Assembly (NCBI GenBank): GCA_907165135.1
Contig: OU015568.1
Location: 14,384,001 to 14,448,000, forward strand
Origin: Oikopleura dioica
Lineage: Eukaryota > Animalia > Chordata
Reading direction: 5' to 3'
Length of the DNA: 64,000 nucleotides
The notes under the pieces were generated by a model. That model saw only the letters and a list, made by a program, of their open reading frames with translations, ran no database searches and was not told where the DNA came from. A program made the position numbers and the translations under genes. The stretch's first letter is position 1. Each line of letters starts with the position of its first letter. Positions 1 through 13,530 of this stretch are shown in pieces.

Positions 1-800
1 CTGAAGATGCTCTTCACGTTCTCGATCTCATGAAAGACATCAGAGTTGAGAAGGGTAATTCACTGTTTTAAATTATGCCGACGTTTATCTGATTTGTAGG
101 AGCTGACTTGATCGCCCTTGGACACTACACGAACAATTTAAAACTTGGGACGAAGGTAACTACCTATCAAATTCATCATATACATATTTCATTGCGTTAG
201 CTATCAAAAACACCTCCAGAGCAAGTTAAAGTGGAAGAGTGGTTCTCTGGCGCTTACAACATGGCGATGGCAGTTTCAAAACGATGGGTTGATGATGTCA
301 TCGCCATGGCCTACGACTTCTGGTGAGATTTGTCTACAGATACAGAGTTAATATTTTTGAAAGTGCCTATGATGACTATAACTGGGACTGGACGCTTCTT
401 CACCTGTCAAGAGAGATTCTAACACAACAACCAGGAAAACAGCCTTGGAAAGTCATGGTTCCTATTTTGCCTAGGTCACAGCATCTGGGAATTACTGGCT
501 GTGGAGTTCACTTTACAAAAGGTAGAGGAGCCCTTGTTAATTATCTAAATCAAAATTGCCAAAGGTGGCTGCAACTTCGAAAACATCAAATCCATGTTCG
601 AAAAAGACCAAGCCGTCCTGATGAATTCTGGGAAAATGTTTCCCCAAAGTCTCACTGTAGCCAGTCTGGCGAAGAAAAAATCAAGTTCCATCACCAGAAA
701 TGGAGGATGGGGCGACCTTCGAGATATTCTTATGTGCCTTGAGTACCCGAAAAATGCCCTTGATATTGATATGTCTTTTCTTGAAAAGATTAAGATATAA
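1..800 (+). CDS. MGAT2: Alpha-1,6-mannosyl-glycoprotein 2-beta-N-acetylglucosaminyltransferase (GnT-II), 3' part; 5' end outside window
   Basis: Spliced translation has NMAMAV, FCAYDDYNWDWTL, HLGITGCGVH and NGGWGDLRDILMC, matching GnT-II motifs; stop at 798-800. Confidence 0.88.
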
Positions 801-1356
801 ACCAAACTAATTTAATTAGTTTATGTAGCTAGATACATATTTTGTTACATTTTATTTATAATATATTTGCTAAATATATTTGTACAACTCGCAACAAAAA
901 ATACTTAAAAATGAAGCCCGCTAAATTGTTTCGTTTTATTCGAATTTGTACGTTTTTAATGTTTACTCAAAGCCACACGAAATTGAAATTTTACCTCATT
1001 TTCTGTATAAATCCGAATAAATTATTGGCCTTTGCTTTTAGCTTTCTTTCCTGGTGAAAAGTTCAGTCTTTCTAGTTCTAAAATAACCAAAATAAAGAAT
1101 TTATAACAAGGTTATTTTCTTAGTTTCAAGCTCTAGTTGCTTCTATGTGTATATCTGTTTTTCAACCTTATTAAATACGCTTCTCTTCATCTTTTTCTGT
1201 AATTCATATTTTCAAAAATCCCGTATCCGCAATTCCGAATATATTTTGCCCCTTTTTCCTTCTGCAGTCCCCTGTTATCGAGTTCATTATGATGCCAAAA
1301 ATACAGTAAATCGCAAGAACACTAAATTCCTCTTCAAACTGAAAATCTAAGACAAG

Positions 1357-4300
1357 ATGTCGGACAGTGATAATGAAGTTGTCGCCGAAATCGATATCGG
1401 ACACGATGGTATTTGAATCTATAAGAATCAGTCACTAATTTTTCTTCCAGCACAATGGCTTGAGCAGCCTATTGACCCTGGCCTGACCCACCGATGGACC
1501 ATCTATCTCCGAGGCAAAGAAGGCGGCAAGATCGAAAAGTACATCAAGAGCGTCACATTCAAACTCCACGAGACCTTTCCTAATCCCCATCGCTTGTTAG
1601 AGAGCGTTCCGTTTCAAATCACCGAGAATGGCTATGCCGGCTTCTTGGTCCCAATCGAGATAGTCTTTCGCAACGGACTGACTACTGAGTTGAAATACGA
1701 GCTTCAGTTGTTAACTGGACGCGATTGTGCTGCTAAAAGGACTGGCAAAGCAACATTCTATAATTGAAAGAGTCTATTTGCTATTTTTTGAAAAAATCAC
1801 GTGCTTGCAATCACTTTATCATGATCGATTTACGTAGCAAATCCTTTGTTCTATTATTAAAGTTTAAAAAAGAAAACTTTATATTTACTTCTATAGCGTA
1901 AATATTATTGTCACGGCAAAGATATCAAATTCGATAGCTACGGTTTCTGATTCTCAGATTTAGCCAATAGATCAAAATCTGTAGCTAGAATTTTTCTCGC
2001 CAGGTTTTTTGATAGCGATCGCCAGGGTCAGTTAGTGACCTGCGCTCACGCTTGCCCCCTACTAATCCATTATTGGCACTAGAAACATTGTTTAGCCTGA
2101 GCTTCAGAACAGAGCAGATATCCTTTCAAAATCCAGACGTCAAGTTTCGCAAGATTTTAATAGCAGGAGGTTGCTATTCAAGAAGAAAAGCCCCGCCAAA
2201 GAGCCCTCCTACTTTGGGATCGAAAACCAAGCCTTCCAAATCGGATAAAAGCGAGAGAAAATCCATGAAGAAAGAGAGAAGAGAAAAGGATGAAAAGAAA
2301 AGATCAAGAGACAAAGATCGTCTCGAAGAAAAAGCCGCTAGATCGGAGAAAACGCACTCTTCAAAATCGGTGAGACAAAGTTTTCTTTTCTTCAGTTGAC
2401 AGGAATTCCAGAGCCGAGAGGAGAAAATTCGCGATCGTTTGTCCGAAAAATCCTCTTCTGATCGAAAAGAAAAGAAGAGAAAGGACAAGGACAAAGAACG
2501 ACTTTCTAATATCGAAAGCGATAGCAGCAGTGTCAACCTTGATCGCGAAAAATTGCGGCTGAAAGAAAAAGAAGAGAGGAGAAAAGAAAGGGAGAAGCTG
2601 AGACGCTCCGAAGGGCTTAATTTGGAGGAAAAGAAAAAAGAAAAGAAGAAGAAAAGAGAGACGATCGCAACATCGGATGGAAAGGAATCTCATAGGAAGG
2701 GAAACAATTAAATTTCGCTAAAAAGAGATTATTCTGGTGCGAGTCAAATTTTATTTCCCTGATCAAGAATACGAGACAAGGATCGTCCATCGATCGAAAA
2801 GAAGAGAAAATCTACAGAGGAACAACCGTCTGAGGTACATTTTATTCAAGCTGGTATTTTTTATCGATCGATAGTCTCTTCCATAAAATGAAGCACCGTT
2901 TGATACGGATGTATCGTCTTCTTAGATCGCATAGATTCATCTTCATTGACTTATGTAAAGTTCGAAAACGCCTTCTTCATCCAAAATTGTTACCAATTAT
3001 GAGCGACCCAACAAGAGAAAGACTTATTTTTAAATATCGACTTCAGGAGCCACCGACAAAGAAGAAGAAAGAAAAACATGATACAAGCTTACATGAGAAA
3101 CTGGACGAGTCAGAAAGGTTCGAATCTCGCAATCGTATAAATTTGATGTAGTTTATCCACGCGTCATATCAGCTGATGTTATAAATCAATTAATATTATA
3201 TCGGTTTAGGAGGAGAAAAGATAAAAAGCGTCGCAAGGAACGAGAAAGTGGGCGAAGTTCAGAAAAGCTCAGTCCGCTTTCAAAGCAGTTTATAAAGGAG
3301 CAAAAGATAAAAGAGGAAAAAATATCTCCAGAGTACCCACCAATCCCGAAGATTTCAATCAAACGTGAGCCCAGAAATAGCTCTGAATACAGAGCGTCAG
3401 AATATCGAGCGGATATCTCAAGCCGGAAAACGGAACGAGTAAAGAAAGAAGTAAAAGTCAAAGAAGAGCCAAAGTCGGATTTCAAGCACACGTCAAGAAT
3501 AGCGAATAAAGATATTTCCGAGCTAAGGTAGGAATTATTAGAAAAATAAGTGAAATGGGGCGCAGCAGGAAGCGATGGCAATCTATAAATATAGATTAGT
3601 CTTTTGAGAAGTTCCATAATCGCCCGGAAAGCTGCCTGAGATCACACGCTATGTTTCGATAGCAATCTCGCAATCCGCAGCGGGTCATGAATGCTCCAGC
3701 TGCTCGGATATATAAACCCTCCCTCATCTCCTTTTTCTCAAAACATCCCCTAAAACTCAAAAAGCCAAAAAATCAAATTATCAAAAAATGGAATCTACTC
3801 GCATTTCCGAAGCAGATTGCTTATACACATCTTCTAGTGACAAAACTTCGATTGCATCTTCTCCTGCCAATTCAATGCCCCAGACGCCAATTTCATCTGC
3901 CCACTCCTACGGTCGTTCTCCTGCTACTGACGCGCCCAAGCATCGCTCCCCAGCAAGTGTTCTCAGTCACACAGAACAGCAAGAACTTCCCAAGGTTCCT
4001 TTGGGCGCGAGTACCTTAGGTATTCATATTTCCAATTTTTCTCATGCTTAATTTTCTTTATAGAGAATCTTCCTTCCGATGACGGTGAATTGTCAGACTC
4101 CAACTCGTCAGACAGCGACTCCCTGATCGAATCAAGCTCATCTGACGAGTCTGATGATGTCGACATGGATTTCATCCAAAAGGTAGACTCCCTTTTTAGC
4201 TATTATAAACTATCATTTTATAGAAATTCATCAAATTCGCTGAGGACGAGACAGAAGTCTATGACGAAAAGCTGAGAAAAATTATGAACATTGTTTTCGC

Positions 4301-4484
4301 CCATTACGAGTCGCACTACAAGTCTTCCGACAGGTAAAATAATCGTTATAAGTCGCATTTGGTGACAGCCTTTTTTAGATACTGTGAAAACGAAGCTGAT
4401 CTCCAATTCGACCTTACCCTTCTTCCGAAAACAGCGCTGATCGCGATCCACAAAGTCATCACTGAAGAGATCAGATCAAGCTAA
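1357..4484 (+). CDS. ENL/AF9 (MLLT1/MLLT3)-like protein: N-terminal YEATS domain, Lys/Arg/Ser-rich middle, C-terminal helical (AHD-like) domain
   Basis: THRWTIYLRG...IKSVTFKLHETFPNPHR...PFQITENGYAGFLVPIEIVF is a YEATS signature; charged low-complexity exons follow; TAA at 4482-4484. Confidence 0.82.
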
Positions 4485-4803
4485 TCGTCCGACAGAAATG
4501 TCCTGTCAGATTCCTACTACGCTCTTCAGAATTTACTACAAATCCCGAACCCCTTCGCTAGCTGCAATATATTTATTTTTTCCGATCGCTTTCTGAACAA
4601 ATAATTCTGGTGATATTTATAATTTTTATTTCTTCCAAACCTTCTGTCTTCATTCAATAGAAAAAAAACTTAACCCATAATTTATAATAAATACGAGTAT
4701 TTATACCGGAAACAAAATAGTGAAATTTCTTCTAAAATTTCATCATCGTTGACTTCTAAATGCATATACAGGCATAAGACCTACTGACATTTTTCTTGCT
4801 AGA

Positions 4804-6531
4804 ATGTCAAAATGGTGGAGTGCATTAAAGCAGAGAGTAAGGAACCACGTCTACAATGTGCATCGCCTCGAACGCGGGCATTTTGTGTGCAGGGAGCATG
4901 TCCCGATTTCTAGGCTATCAGGCTATGAAATTGAACAAGTTTTTCAGGAGCCTCATTAACTCCGCACTCATAGTTAAACAACAGCAATTATTAGGGGAAA
5001 TTGAAATTAAAAGAGCGAATTTGTTCAATTCCTCTAAGACGTTCGCTGGTCAGGAGCCTCATTACGAAATTTCCCGAATTCGACCAGCCAAAAATCTTAG
5101 AAAACGGTTGATCATTGGACTCTTAATCCGGAGCTCTTAATTTTTGCTCTCTTCCTTGATTTCAACCGCGCAAAAGAGCTTTTTAGCCTCATCGATGCTA
5201 CGATTATCGGCAAATCAAGAGCATATACTCTCGTGTTGAAAGATCTCTACGATCCGCTAAATCCAGACAAAGATACTGTCCAAACCCGTCAGAATATTTC
5301 AATCGAACAGTACAAATCCACCTTTCTGGGCCATCTTAGACCAACTCTCCGAAAAGCAAAATATAATCGAGTTCCCCAAGAAATCGTGGACTCGATGGCA
5401 GAATACGTTGAAGTACCCGAACGAGGGCTTCAAGTGAAAATTAAGCTGGCCGATTATGAACTTGTGGAAATGTGGTACAAGGGAGAACTCTTTGGAGATA
5501 GAGCTCGATTCGCGACGAGAGAGCCTCATGATTCTATTTGGAAGTTTATTGAATCCCAGTGAGTCTTCTTTTGCTCATTTCAATACTAACGAAAGTGAAG
5601 ATACTACGATTCAATGGATAATTTGCGAATCCAAATCACTCGTCGCATCCAAGCTCTCGTTGCACATTTCTTCAAATCCACCCCAATTCATGAGGATTTC
5701 TTCTTCAAAAAAGTCGTCATCATTTTGAGGCCCAAAAAATCCAAGAAACTAGTGCTGAAAAGCTTTAAATTCGTCCCTCGTGGCTCGTTACAAGTGCTCT
5801 TCCCTGATAATGTCAAGCGTATGGGCTCGCTGAACTCGTTGATAATGTACTCGACGGTAGCTGGTTCTTTTAGTACGATTCTTTGGCAGTATCTGACCGA
5901 GGTAGTTTAATATCAAAAATGCCTTGTAAAGATCCAGTTGTAGACAGCGCTGGTGAAAGAATATCTTGTGCCGATAACAATTGTTCTTTATCGATTCTGG
6001 TACAATTACGATTATCGTCGAAAACGATACGATGCGACCATCGCTCATCTTTTGTACAACAACAACCTTTCAAACAACATCGGTGTTGTTCATGAAATCA
6101 TCGATCAAGCGGAGAACGAAAGATTCATGAGCTCAATTCTTCTTTATTGTGCATTGATCCACGAAGACACTGTGGCAAGAGGAAGACCTGATTTTGACGG
6201 CTATTCCATCGGTAAGAATATTTTTGATAGCCATTTTCGTGAATTCATGTTAGAGAAGATCGACGAGAAAATTGAACGTTGGGTCAAAGAATTTTCCAAG
6301 CTGAAAACGCATGATTTCGACGAATTTACCGCCATCGAAAATCTCAAGAAACTGAAGCTGCTTCACCCAACCAAACCTGGTCTATACAGAGCGAAGACAT
6401 TGGACCTTGCTATTCATGATCTCGAGAGAACTGTATCGACAGAAATCATCAAAAGCGTCTATTCGACAAAGGACGAACTTGAGTGGAATCAGCTCGTTGA
6501 AAAGAGACCGTTCTCGGATCTTTATCGCTAG
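4804..6531 (+). CDS. TMEM143: Transmembrane protein 143-like (DUF3754)
   Basis: REHVPISR, LKDLYDPLNPDKDT, VLKSFKFVP and LYNNNLSNN segments resemble TMEM143; AG at 4801-4802 just before the ATG. Confidence 0.72.
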
Positions 6532-6679
6532 TCGAAACTGTTTTTTTGACTGGCAGAAAGTATTTATTAAAAAATAACCGCTTCTTCTTCAACTGTATTT
6601 TTTCAATAAAAAAATCTGACATAATCAAAAGTTCGATCATCAAGAGACAATTCTAAAAGACTAGATTACGGTGAATATA

Positions 6680-6814
6680 CCGGTGAAAGCAAGCCTTTAC
6701 CCGGGATTTAAAACATGTCTCTACCCCCTGTGACATCTTTTTTCCATCGACCAATCACAAGCTTGGAGGGCCTTAGTGGCGGCGTAACCCCGGATTTGAG
6801 TCTGCTTTCACCGG
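6680..6814. mobile_element. TA-flanked MITE (Tc1/mariner-like), 135 bp
   Basis: Perfect 15-bp inverted repeat ATACCGGTGAAAGCA (6677-6691) / TGCTTTCACCGGTAT (6803-6817), including the flanking TA; partial inner complementarity. Confidence 0.65.
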
Positions 6815-6934
6815 TATGCACAAATGATGGAAATTGGTCAAAACGTCACTAATGTGGCCTCAAATTGAGTTGACCTTGATAATCGTTCATCGATAATTTA
6901 TTGCGGAAGCTGACTCTGCTCATTAGTTCAGACG

Positions 6935-9900
6935 ATGTCGGAAGCCCGGCTCAAGTGTCCTGATGAGTTTGAGTTTCCTTTTCAGGAATCGAGGTTATCA
7001 CAATTTGAATTTGCGCTAAATTATGATGTTCTCAACTCATGTTTTACAAATTGTTATAATTTGATTGACTGATTTGAATCTCGTGGAAAAGCCGTATAAA
7101 ATTCAAGAAGACTTGATGAAGGCAATTTACACGGCTATTGAAGATCGAAAAATTGGTATTTTTGAGAGCCCGACTGGAACTGGCAAAAGTAAGTAGTCAG
7201 TAATTACAGTTAGTTTTCGCAGCTCAGGCAACTTCTAATTATACAATAAAGCTGTATGCTTTCCCGGCCAGTAATCACGTTAAGTGGTGTTTCTTTTAAT
7301 AATGATCGAATTTTCCACCGGAAATGAATTTTCTACCGCTTGACTGGCGCGATTTGCGAACAACGCTGAAAATTAACCGCCCGTTTCTTTTGTGGAAATT
7401 TATCGGCGGACAGCTACTGACAAATTGAATTTTTCATCTCTTCGATTTTCGGCCTCCACTAGAAGCAGCAAAACAAGACAAATGGGGGTCGTAATGAATG
7501 TCATTGTGATGCAAAATAGGCTTGCATATTTTGGTCGAATATTAAACTGGTTAAAATTAAATTTCACGGGCGACGGCGGGCCGAAACGTCTGTGTGGTTG
7601 CTGTGGCATAAACAATATCGCACTTCAATAGGAGACTATCACTCCACTCTGTCATAATTTCCTTAGCCGCAAATTTCCAAAAGCCAAAAATGGCGAAATT
7701 GTTACCGAGCAAGCCGCAAATCACTCAGCTCAACTCACACCAGTGGCTAATTTTGAGGCGACCCCTGCACTTGCCATTCAATCAACAAACTTTTTTGATA
7801 CTATCAATAAAATAATTTATTCTTCTAAATACAGGACTATTTACGTAGTTTTCCAAACTGTCCAGTTGCTGATTTGAGATTGAAGTCCTTCTTCAAACTG
7901 CCAACCCAGTCATCGCAAAATGTCATTTTCCGTAATTTAGCATCATCTTTGAACTCCTCTTCTTTCGCGGTTTCAAGGCAGATGCTCTTTATTTCAGAAT
8001 TTGTCGCAATTGTATCTAAGGCATTTATCTTCGCCACGACGGTCTTTCGGAACAAATTCATAATTGGGCTGATGAAATTGCTTCTCGTTGACCTTTCTGA
8101 TGTTACTGTTTCCAACAGCAGTTGCTTGTTCTTGAGAATAAGGCGGAGCGAGGATCGAGAAATTGTGTAGCCAAGTTTCTCAGGGATTATTTTAACCAGC
8201 TTTTTGTATCCAAGTTCAGGGTTCTCCAAATGTAACTGAACGATTTCCTTCTTTTGGTGAATAGAAAACTTCTTGTTGGTCATCAAAGACGACCATGACA
8301 CTATTTGGGACTTGACGGCGTCGGGTACTCGTCCTGGCTTGAGTTTTGCCGGTTTTTCAAGGCTTTTTGTTTTCTCTTTGTTCTCTTCCATTATTTTGAA
8401 ATTTTGAAGGGCCAATTTGAGCCGGGAAAAAGAAAAGGGGGCGTTATTGGCCGACGGGGGCGGGAGTGGGAGTCACAATTGCGTAAACTGACTCAGGATA
8501 CGCAGAAATTTCTACTGCATCAAATTTTGCATCCTCTAGGACAAATTCCACAGTTGTCTAAGACAACTTGTCTTTAATATTGGCCCACGTTGATACTCGT
8601 TTTCGAAATGTCCCCGTCTTTAGAAATGACTCTATAAAAGAATCCCCAAAATAACGTGTTTCGATTTCACAGACTGTTACTGCGGGTGTCAGATTCAAAT
8701 TCATTTTTAGGTTTGTCAATTATATGCAGCGCTATAAAGTGGCTAAAGGATCACCGCAATCGTGCCCAACTTGTTCAGCAACAACCAAAAGAAGACAAGG
8801 AGGATGACGGGGAGCTTGACTGGCTTTGTGTTCCAATAATGATAATCAATGTAGGATAGTTTAATTGAACTCTTATCAGCAGTGTTTGTTCTTTTTTGGA
8901 ACACAAAGCTAAGATAACAGAATGGAAGCAAAAGAAATCTGCTGAAAAAAAGACACAAGGATCGGCTAATTAAAAAGCAATTTGGCGCTCTGCCTTCCGT
9001 AAGAGTTCGCAGTAAGTTCAGGCCTCGCGGTCCGCTGGTGGAAAATTTATTGGATACACTAGGTTAAGACCTTCTAAAAAATATAAGCTCGCGTTATGTT
9101 AGTTTTCGCCGCGCTTGTGGCTCACCAATTCATAATACTATTTGATAGGCTAGGGCTGTTTTTAGACCATATTATGTGCTGTAGATAATAAATCACTGTA
9201 GTAACGGTTTTAGAAAGCTTTATCTTATCCTATGACAGAAGTTGAGAAAGTCAAGAAATTCCGAAAAAAGCGGAAACGAGATGATACCGACGATGTCAAT
9301 GCGGAAATTCGAAAATTGATGAAGTTGTCTCAGAATCCTGATGCAAAGGAAAATGAAGCAGAGGCAGAGTTTTTACTCGCAGACCTTGACTCAGATTACG
9401 ACGACGATGACGGAGAGGGACAGAAGTTTATCGAGAAAATTTACTATGCTTCAAGAACCCATTCGCAACTTTCACAGGTTTTCGTCCATCGAGAACAAAT
9501 CTTCTTTGACTTTTGTAGTTTGTCAAAGAAATAAGGAAATCACCATTCAAAGAATCTGTTACTGTAGCTCCCATCGCCTCTCGAGCAACTCTTTGTGTCA
9601 ACCCAAAAGTCAAGAAACTCTCCACCGTCTCTCAAATGAATGAATCTTGCAAGCAGCTGAACAAGAATCAAGGCTGCGAGTTCAAAACAAAAAAGGGCCT
9701 GAGCCTTCTCAGCCATCGAATGAACAACACGTTAATGGACATAGAAGACACAGTAAAATTTGGAAACGAAAATAAATGCTGCCCATTTTATGGCGCGAGG
9801 GAAGCTCTACCTACAGTGGATGTATGCGTGCTGCCATATAACTTGCTTGTTGTCCCGTCTGCTCGTGAAAGCTGTGGGATCAATTTGAAGAACTCGGTTG

Positions 9901-12448
9901 TTATCATCGACGAGGCTCATAATCTTGCCGGAGCGATTGAATCTTGCTACTCTGTTGGTGTTACTCTCAATGCATTGACAGAAGCGTACAAGCAACTTAG
10001 GTTTGTATTTATTGAATTGCGTTTGCTATTAAAAAAGTTTCGATGAGATCCTAGTGCTTCATTTTCTCAAAATTTATCCTGAGTTTCAATGAACCCTAGA
10101 TTATATCCGTTTTGAATTTATGGCATAAATCTTATGCTCTGATTATTATTCAATCCGATTTTGCTTATCTGATCGCCTATTTATAGCGCCTATAGGACGA
10201 AATTCAGCGCTCGACTAAACCCTGAAAATCTGATGTATGTCAAACAGCTGCTAGCAGTCCTTATTGGCCTTGGAAAAGATCTCAAAAGAATCAACAACAC
10301 TGAAGACCAGAAAATAGTTACTGTCAGGGAAATACTGTTCGATGCCAAGTTGGACAACATTAATTTATTCGACCTTCTGAAATACATGAGTAAAAGTTTA
10401 ATCGCCCACAAGGTGAAGGGCTTTGCGGACAAAGTCGCGAACACTCCTAAAGTTGTTGTCAAGCCAAAGGAAAATGCTCTCAAAGCTAGGTCGGAAGTTT
10501 TATAAATTTATTACTGAACTTAGTTCAACATTCAACATCAATAGGCGATCACATATTCTGATCTTCTTGAAAGAAATGCTCAAGAAGGCGGAAAACAAAG
10601 GCAAATCGAAAGTCGAGCCGCAACCCGAGCCCGAAGTTGAGGCGAAGAAGAAAATCCCCAATTTTCAGCTTGGAGCACTTGTTCAAGTTGAAATCTTCCT
10701 TGCAGTTCTAATCACCCCAGGAGCGGATTTACGCATCATTAAAAATGCTAATGATGGCAAGGCGGAAATGAAGGTTTTTCTTCTCAACCCAGCGAGTATT
10801 TTCTCCGAGATCAGCAAAGATGCCCGAGCTGTTCTTTTAGGAAAGTGGTTCAAACTTAAAATAAGCAAAGATTTTTAATCTTTCATACCACTTAAAAAGC
10901 TGGAGGTACGATGAAACCGTACCAGACACTGAAGGATCAGCTCTTTGCCGAAGTGCCTTCCGACAAACAGAGCTGGTTTAACTGCGAGCACGTGATTTCA
11001 GACTCTCAAATGAACGCATTAGTCCTCCAGCGGGGCCCTACAAATGAGCGGTTCATCTTCAACCACAGCAACAAGGATAACTTCGCCATGAAACAAGATC
11101 TAGGAAAAGCGCTAGGGAATGGGGAGATGAATTTAAATTTCACAGTTTCCTGTTTCTTAGACCAGGGCGATTTCTTCTTTAGGTTTAATCAAGGACTGAC
11201 ATGATTATAACACGTGGATTATTCTTCGCGTAACTTCTGTTCTTGAATGTGATGAATATTTAAAAATACAGTCTTTTGAGCAGTACTTCCTTTTTCTCAC
11301 AAGAAAAGCAAAGAAGTATAAGGAAGATATTTCAATTTCATGGGCCATTGTCAGTTGATTAGGAAGCATAAATTGCTAACGAAAATTAATTAGTCATTCG
11401 CAAGGTGGAAAGGGAGAAACCATGCCCCCAAATCAAGTTGACATTGTTAAAACTGTTCCGTCTGGTGTGGTGGTTTTCTTCGCCAGCTATAAGCAGGAAG
11501 CCATGTTCTACGAGATGTTCAAGAAGTCGTCTTTTCTCAAGCAAATAGGCATGGTTCGTTAACTTTTAACAATTTCTATTAATAAAGAAGGTCATTAGAG
11601 GAAAGCGAAACATTTATTTTTAAAATAATCTGCTGACTAGTAGAATCAACAGGATTAATTTATAGTCAATGAACTTGAACCTTTCTAAGAAAGCGTGAAA
11701 ACCCTTTTCCGTGAGCCAAAAGAAACATCAGGCGTAGCACCCTTACTGGAGAAATACGAAATGTCTGTACGTGTCCGAGGGGCAATACTGTTCGCTGTTG
11801 TTGGAGGAAAAGTATCAGAAGGGATCAACTTCTCAGATGGTCTTTGTCGCGCTGTTGTCATGGTTGGTGTCCCTTATCCAGGTTTATAAGCGTTTTTTGT
11901 CGGCAACAAATGATTAACTCTATTTCGATAGATATAAAATCGGCCGAAATCAAGCTAAGGATGGACACATTAAATGCTAAACGACCTGGCGGCGGACAGA
12001 TGTTATACACAGGCTTATGCATGCGCGCTGTTAATCAGGTATTTCCTCTCAATGACAATTCCTAGTAAGCAAGGGTAATTTGGCTTGAGCGAATTGATAT
12101 ATTATTTGGTAAAGGAAATTCAATCATTACGCGCGGCCAAATTGACCGCTAATCGCCAAATGCTGCTGTAACGGGGCGGTAACCAGCGTCAATCTGACGA
12201 TGAACTCAGACACTAATTATATTGGAAAGAAAGTTAATTTTGGAAAAGTATCAAATTCTTAGTGCGTCGGCCGAGCAATTCGACATCGAGACGATTCCTC
12301 CTTGATCATCTTCTGCGATGGTCGGTACAACGAGTCCCGAGTAAAAGACCATCTTCCTGACTGGATCAAAACTCGCCTCACCAATTACGATAACTTCTCC
12401 ACTGCCAAAAATCATATGGTCCAATTCTGCCAACAAAACGACTACTGA
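6935..12448 (+). CDS. DDX11: DDX11/ChlR1 Fe-S DNA helicase
   Basis: FPFQPYKIQ, IFESPTGTGKSLSIICSA, IYYASRTHSQLSQFV, CPFYGARE, VIIDEAHNL, GGTMKP, GGKVSEGINFSDGLCRAVVMVGVPYP, CMRAVNQCVGRAIRH. Confidence 0.93.
7837..8391 (-). CDS. Intronless CENP-B/pogo(Tc5)-type tandem HTH DNA-binding protein without a DDE domain, nested antisense in DDX11 intron 7189-8710
   Basis: 184-aa ORF from ATG 8391. FSIHQKKEIVQ...NPELGYKKL...ISRSSLRLILKNK resembles the CENP-B N-terminal HTH; TNSEIKSIC...MTFCDDWVGSLKKDFNL resembles the Tc5 HTH. AATAAA on the minus strand at 7816-7821. Confidence 0.7.
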   Translation of the reverse strand: MEENKEKTKSLEKPAKLKPGRVPDAVKSQIVSWSSLMTNKKFSIHQKKEIVQLHLENPELGYKKLVKIIPEKLGYTISRSSLRLILKNKQLLLETVTSERSTRSNFISPIMNLFRKTVVAKINALDTIATNSEIKSICLETAKEEEFKDDAKLRKMTFCDDWVGSLKKDFNLKSATGQFGKLRK

Positions 12449-13530
12449 AGCGCTCCCTAATAATAAACCTAAATTTCCTTGATTGGCATCTTATCAAGAG
12501 CCGTCGAAAAAGCAGTTCTATAATGAAATCTGCATCAGAAAATTGCAGATAATAAATTATTGAAATAAGAGTAATTTCAATCCGAAGTGCTTGTTTGAAT
12601 GATTTCTACGCTGAGACTAATTTGATAATTTTTATTCAAAGCAGGCGGTCGCTTATGGAAATTGCAGGCCAGATAACGGCGTCCCAAGAATCGCTGAGTT
12701 TGAAATTTAAGAGAATTAAATCTTCAAAGATTATTCTCGAGACCACTAGCCACAAATCATACATCAGAATCATTTCATTATAATATATTCCAGAGATCAT
12801 AAATCTAAACTTAGTATCATGTTATATTTTGAAAATCTTTCAATTGATCAAAGCAATAAAAAGTCTTAAAAAGCTAACATAATGTTAAAGATTCCTCGAT
12901 TTATCCGTTTCACTAAGTTTATATGAATGACAGAGTTCAGCCTTTTCAAGGGTGTGGACTTCATTTTGATAGTTCTGCTCAGACTTTTATCAGCATGAAA
13001 AATCGTACCCATGATACGGATATCTCAGCTGTATTGGGCTTGAACTTTGCATTCTTTTGAAAGTCAGAAATTCAATGATTTTGATCCTCGCTTGGTGGTC
13101 TCCTCGCGATCATGATGCAATTTTCCGCCGCGGTCTCCACATGGTGGAGCTGTCATGTCCGACAGATCGGGAAGATGCCCCACGTGTCCGGCTGTCTTAT
13201 CAGTAGTTACTTATCACTTTTTCAAGTTTTTATAATCTTTCCCGTCTGAATTTGATAGAGAGACTCAAGAAGAGTACGCATCACGTGACAGAAAACGAGC
13301 GCAGAGAGTTGAATGGAAGTTACAAGATTGGATCATCAGATAATCCCGTTGAATAGATATCGTTGAAATTTTAATTTGAAGCATTTGTGCCTGCCACAAT
13401 TTGTTCTTCTGAGAATCTCGCGTATATTTTGCTAGATTAAATACCGGCACGAGTTAAATAATTGCTTATAATTAAACTTAATAAAATTTTGATCCAGTAT
13501 TAGCAAAACGCAGTAGTGAAAAAGAAAATA

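Noticed and set aside
2174-3617. Minus-strand Leu/Phe/Ser-rich ORFs opposite ENL/AF9
   Set aside because: Antisense shadows of Lys/Glu/Arg-rich exons
3527-3788. Split of ENL/AF9 into separate YEATS and C-terminal genes
   Set aside because: A phase-compatible acceptor at 3836-3837 restores one continuous ORF
7198-8683. CAGTAA...TTACTG as TIRs of a pogo element around the CENP-B-like ORF
   Set aside because: Only 6 contiguous matching bases and no TA target duplication
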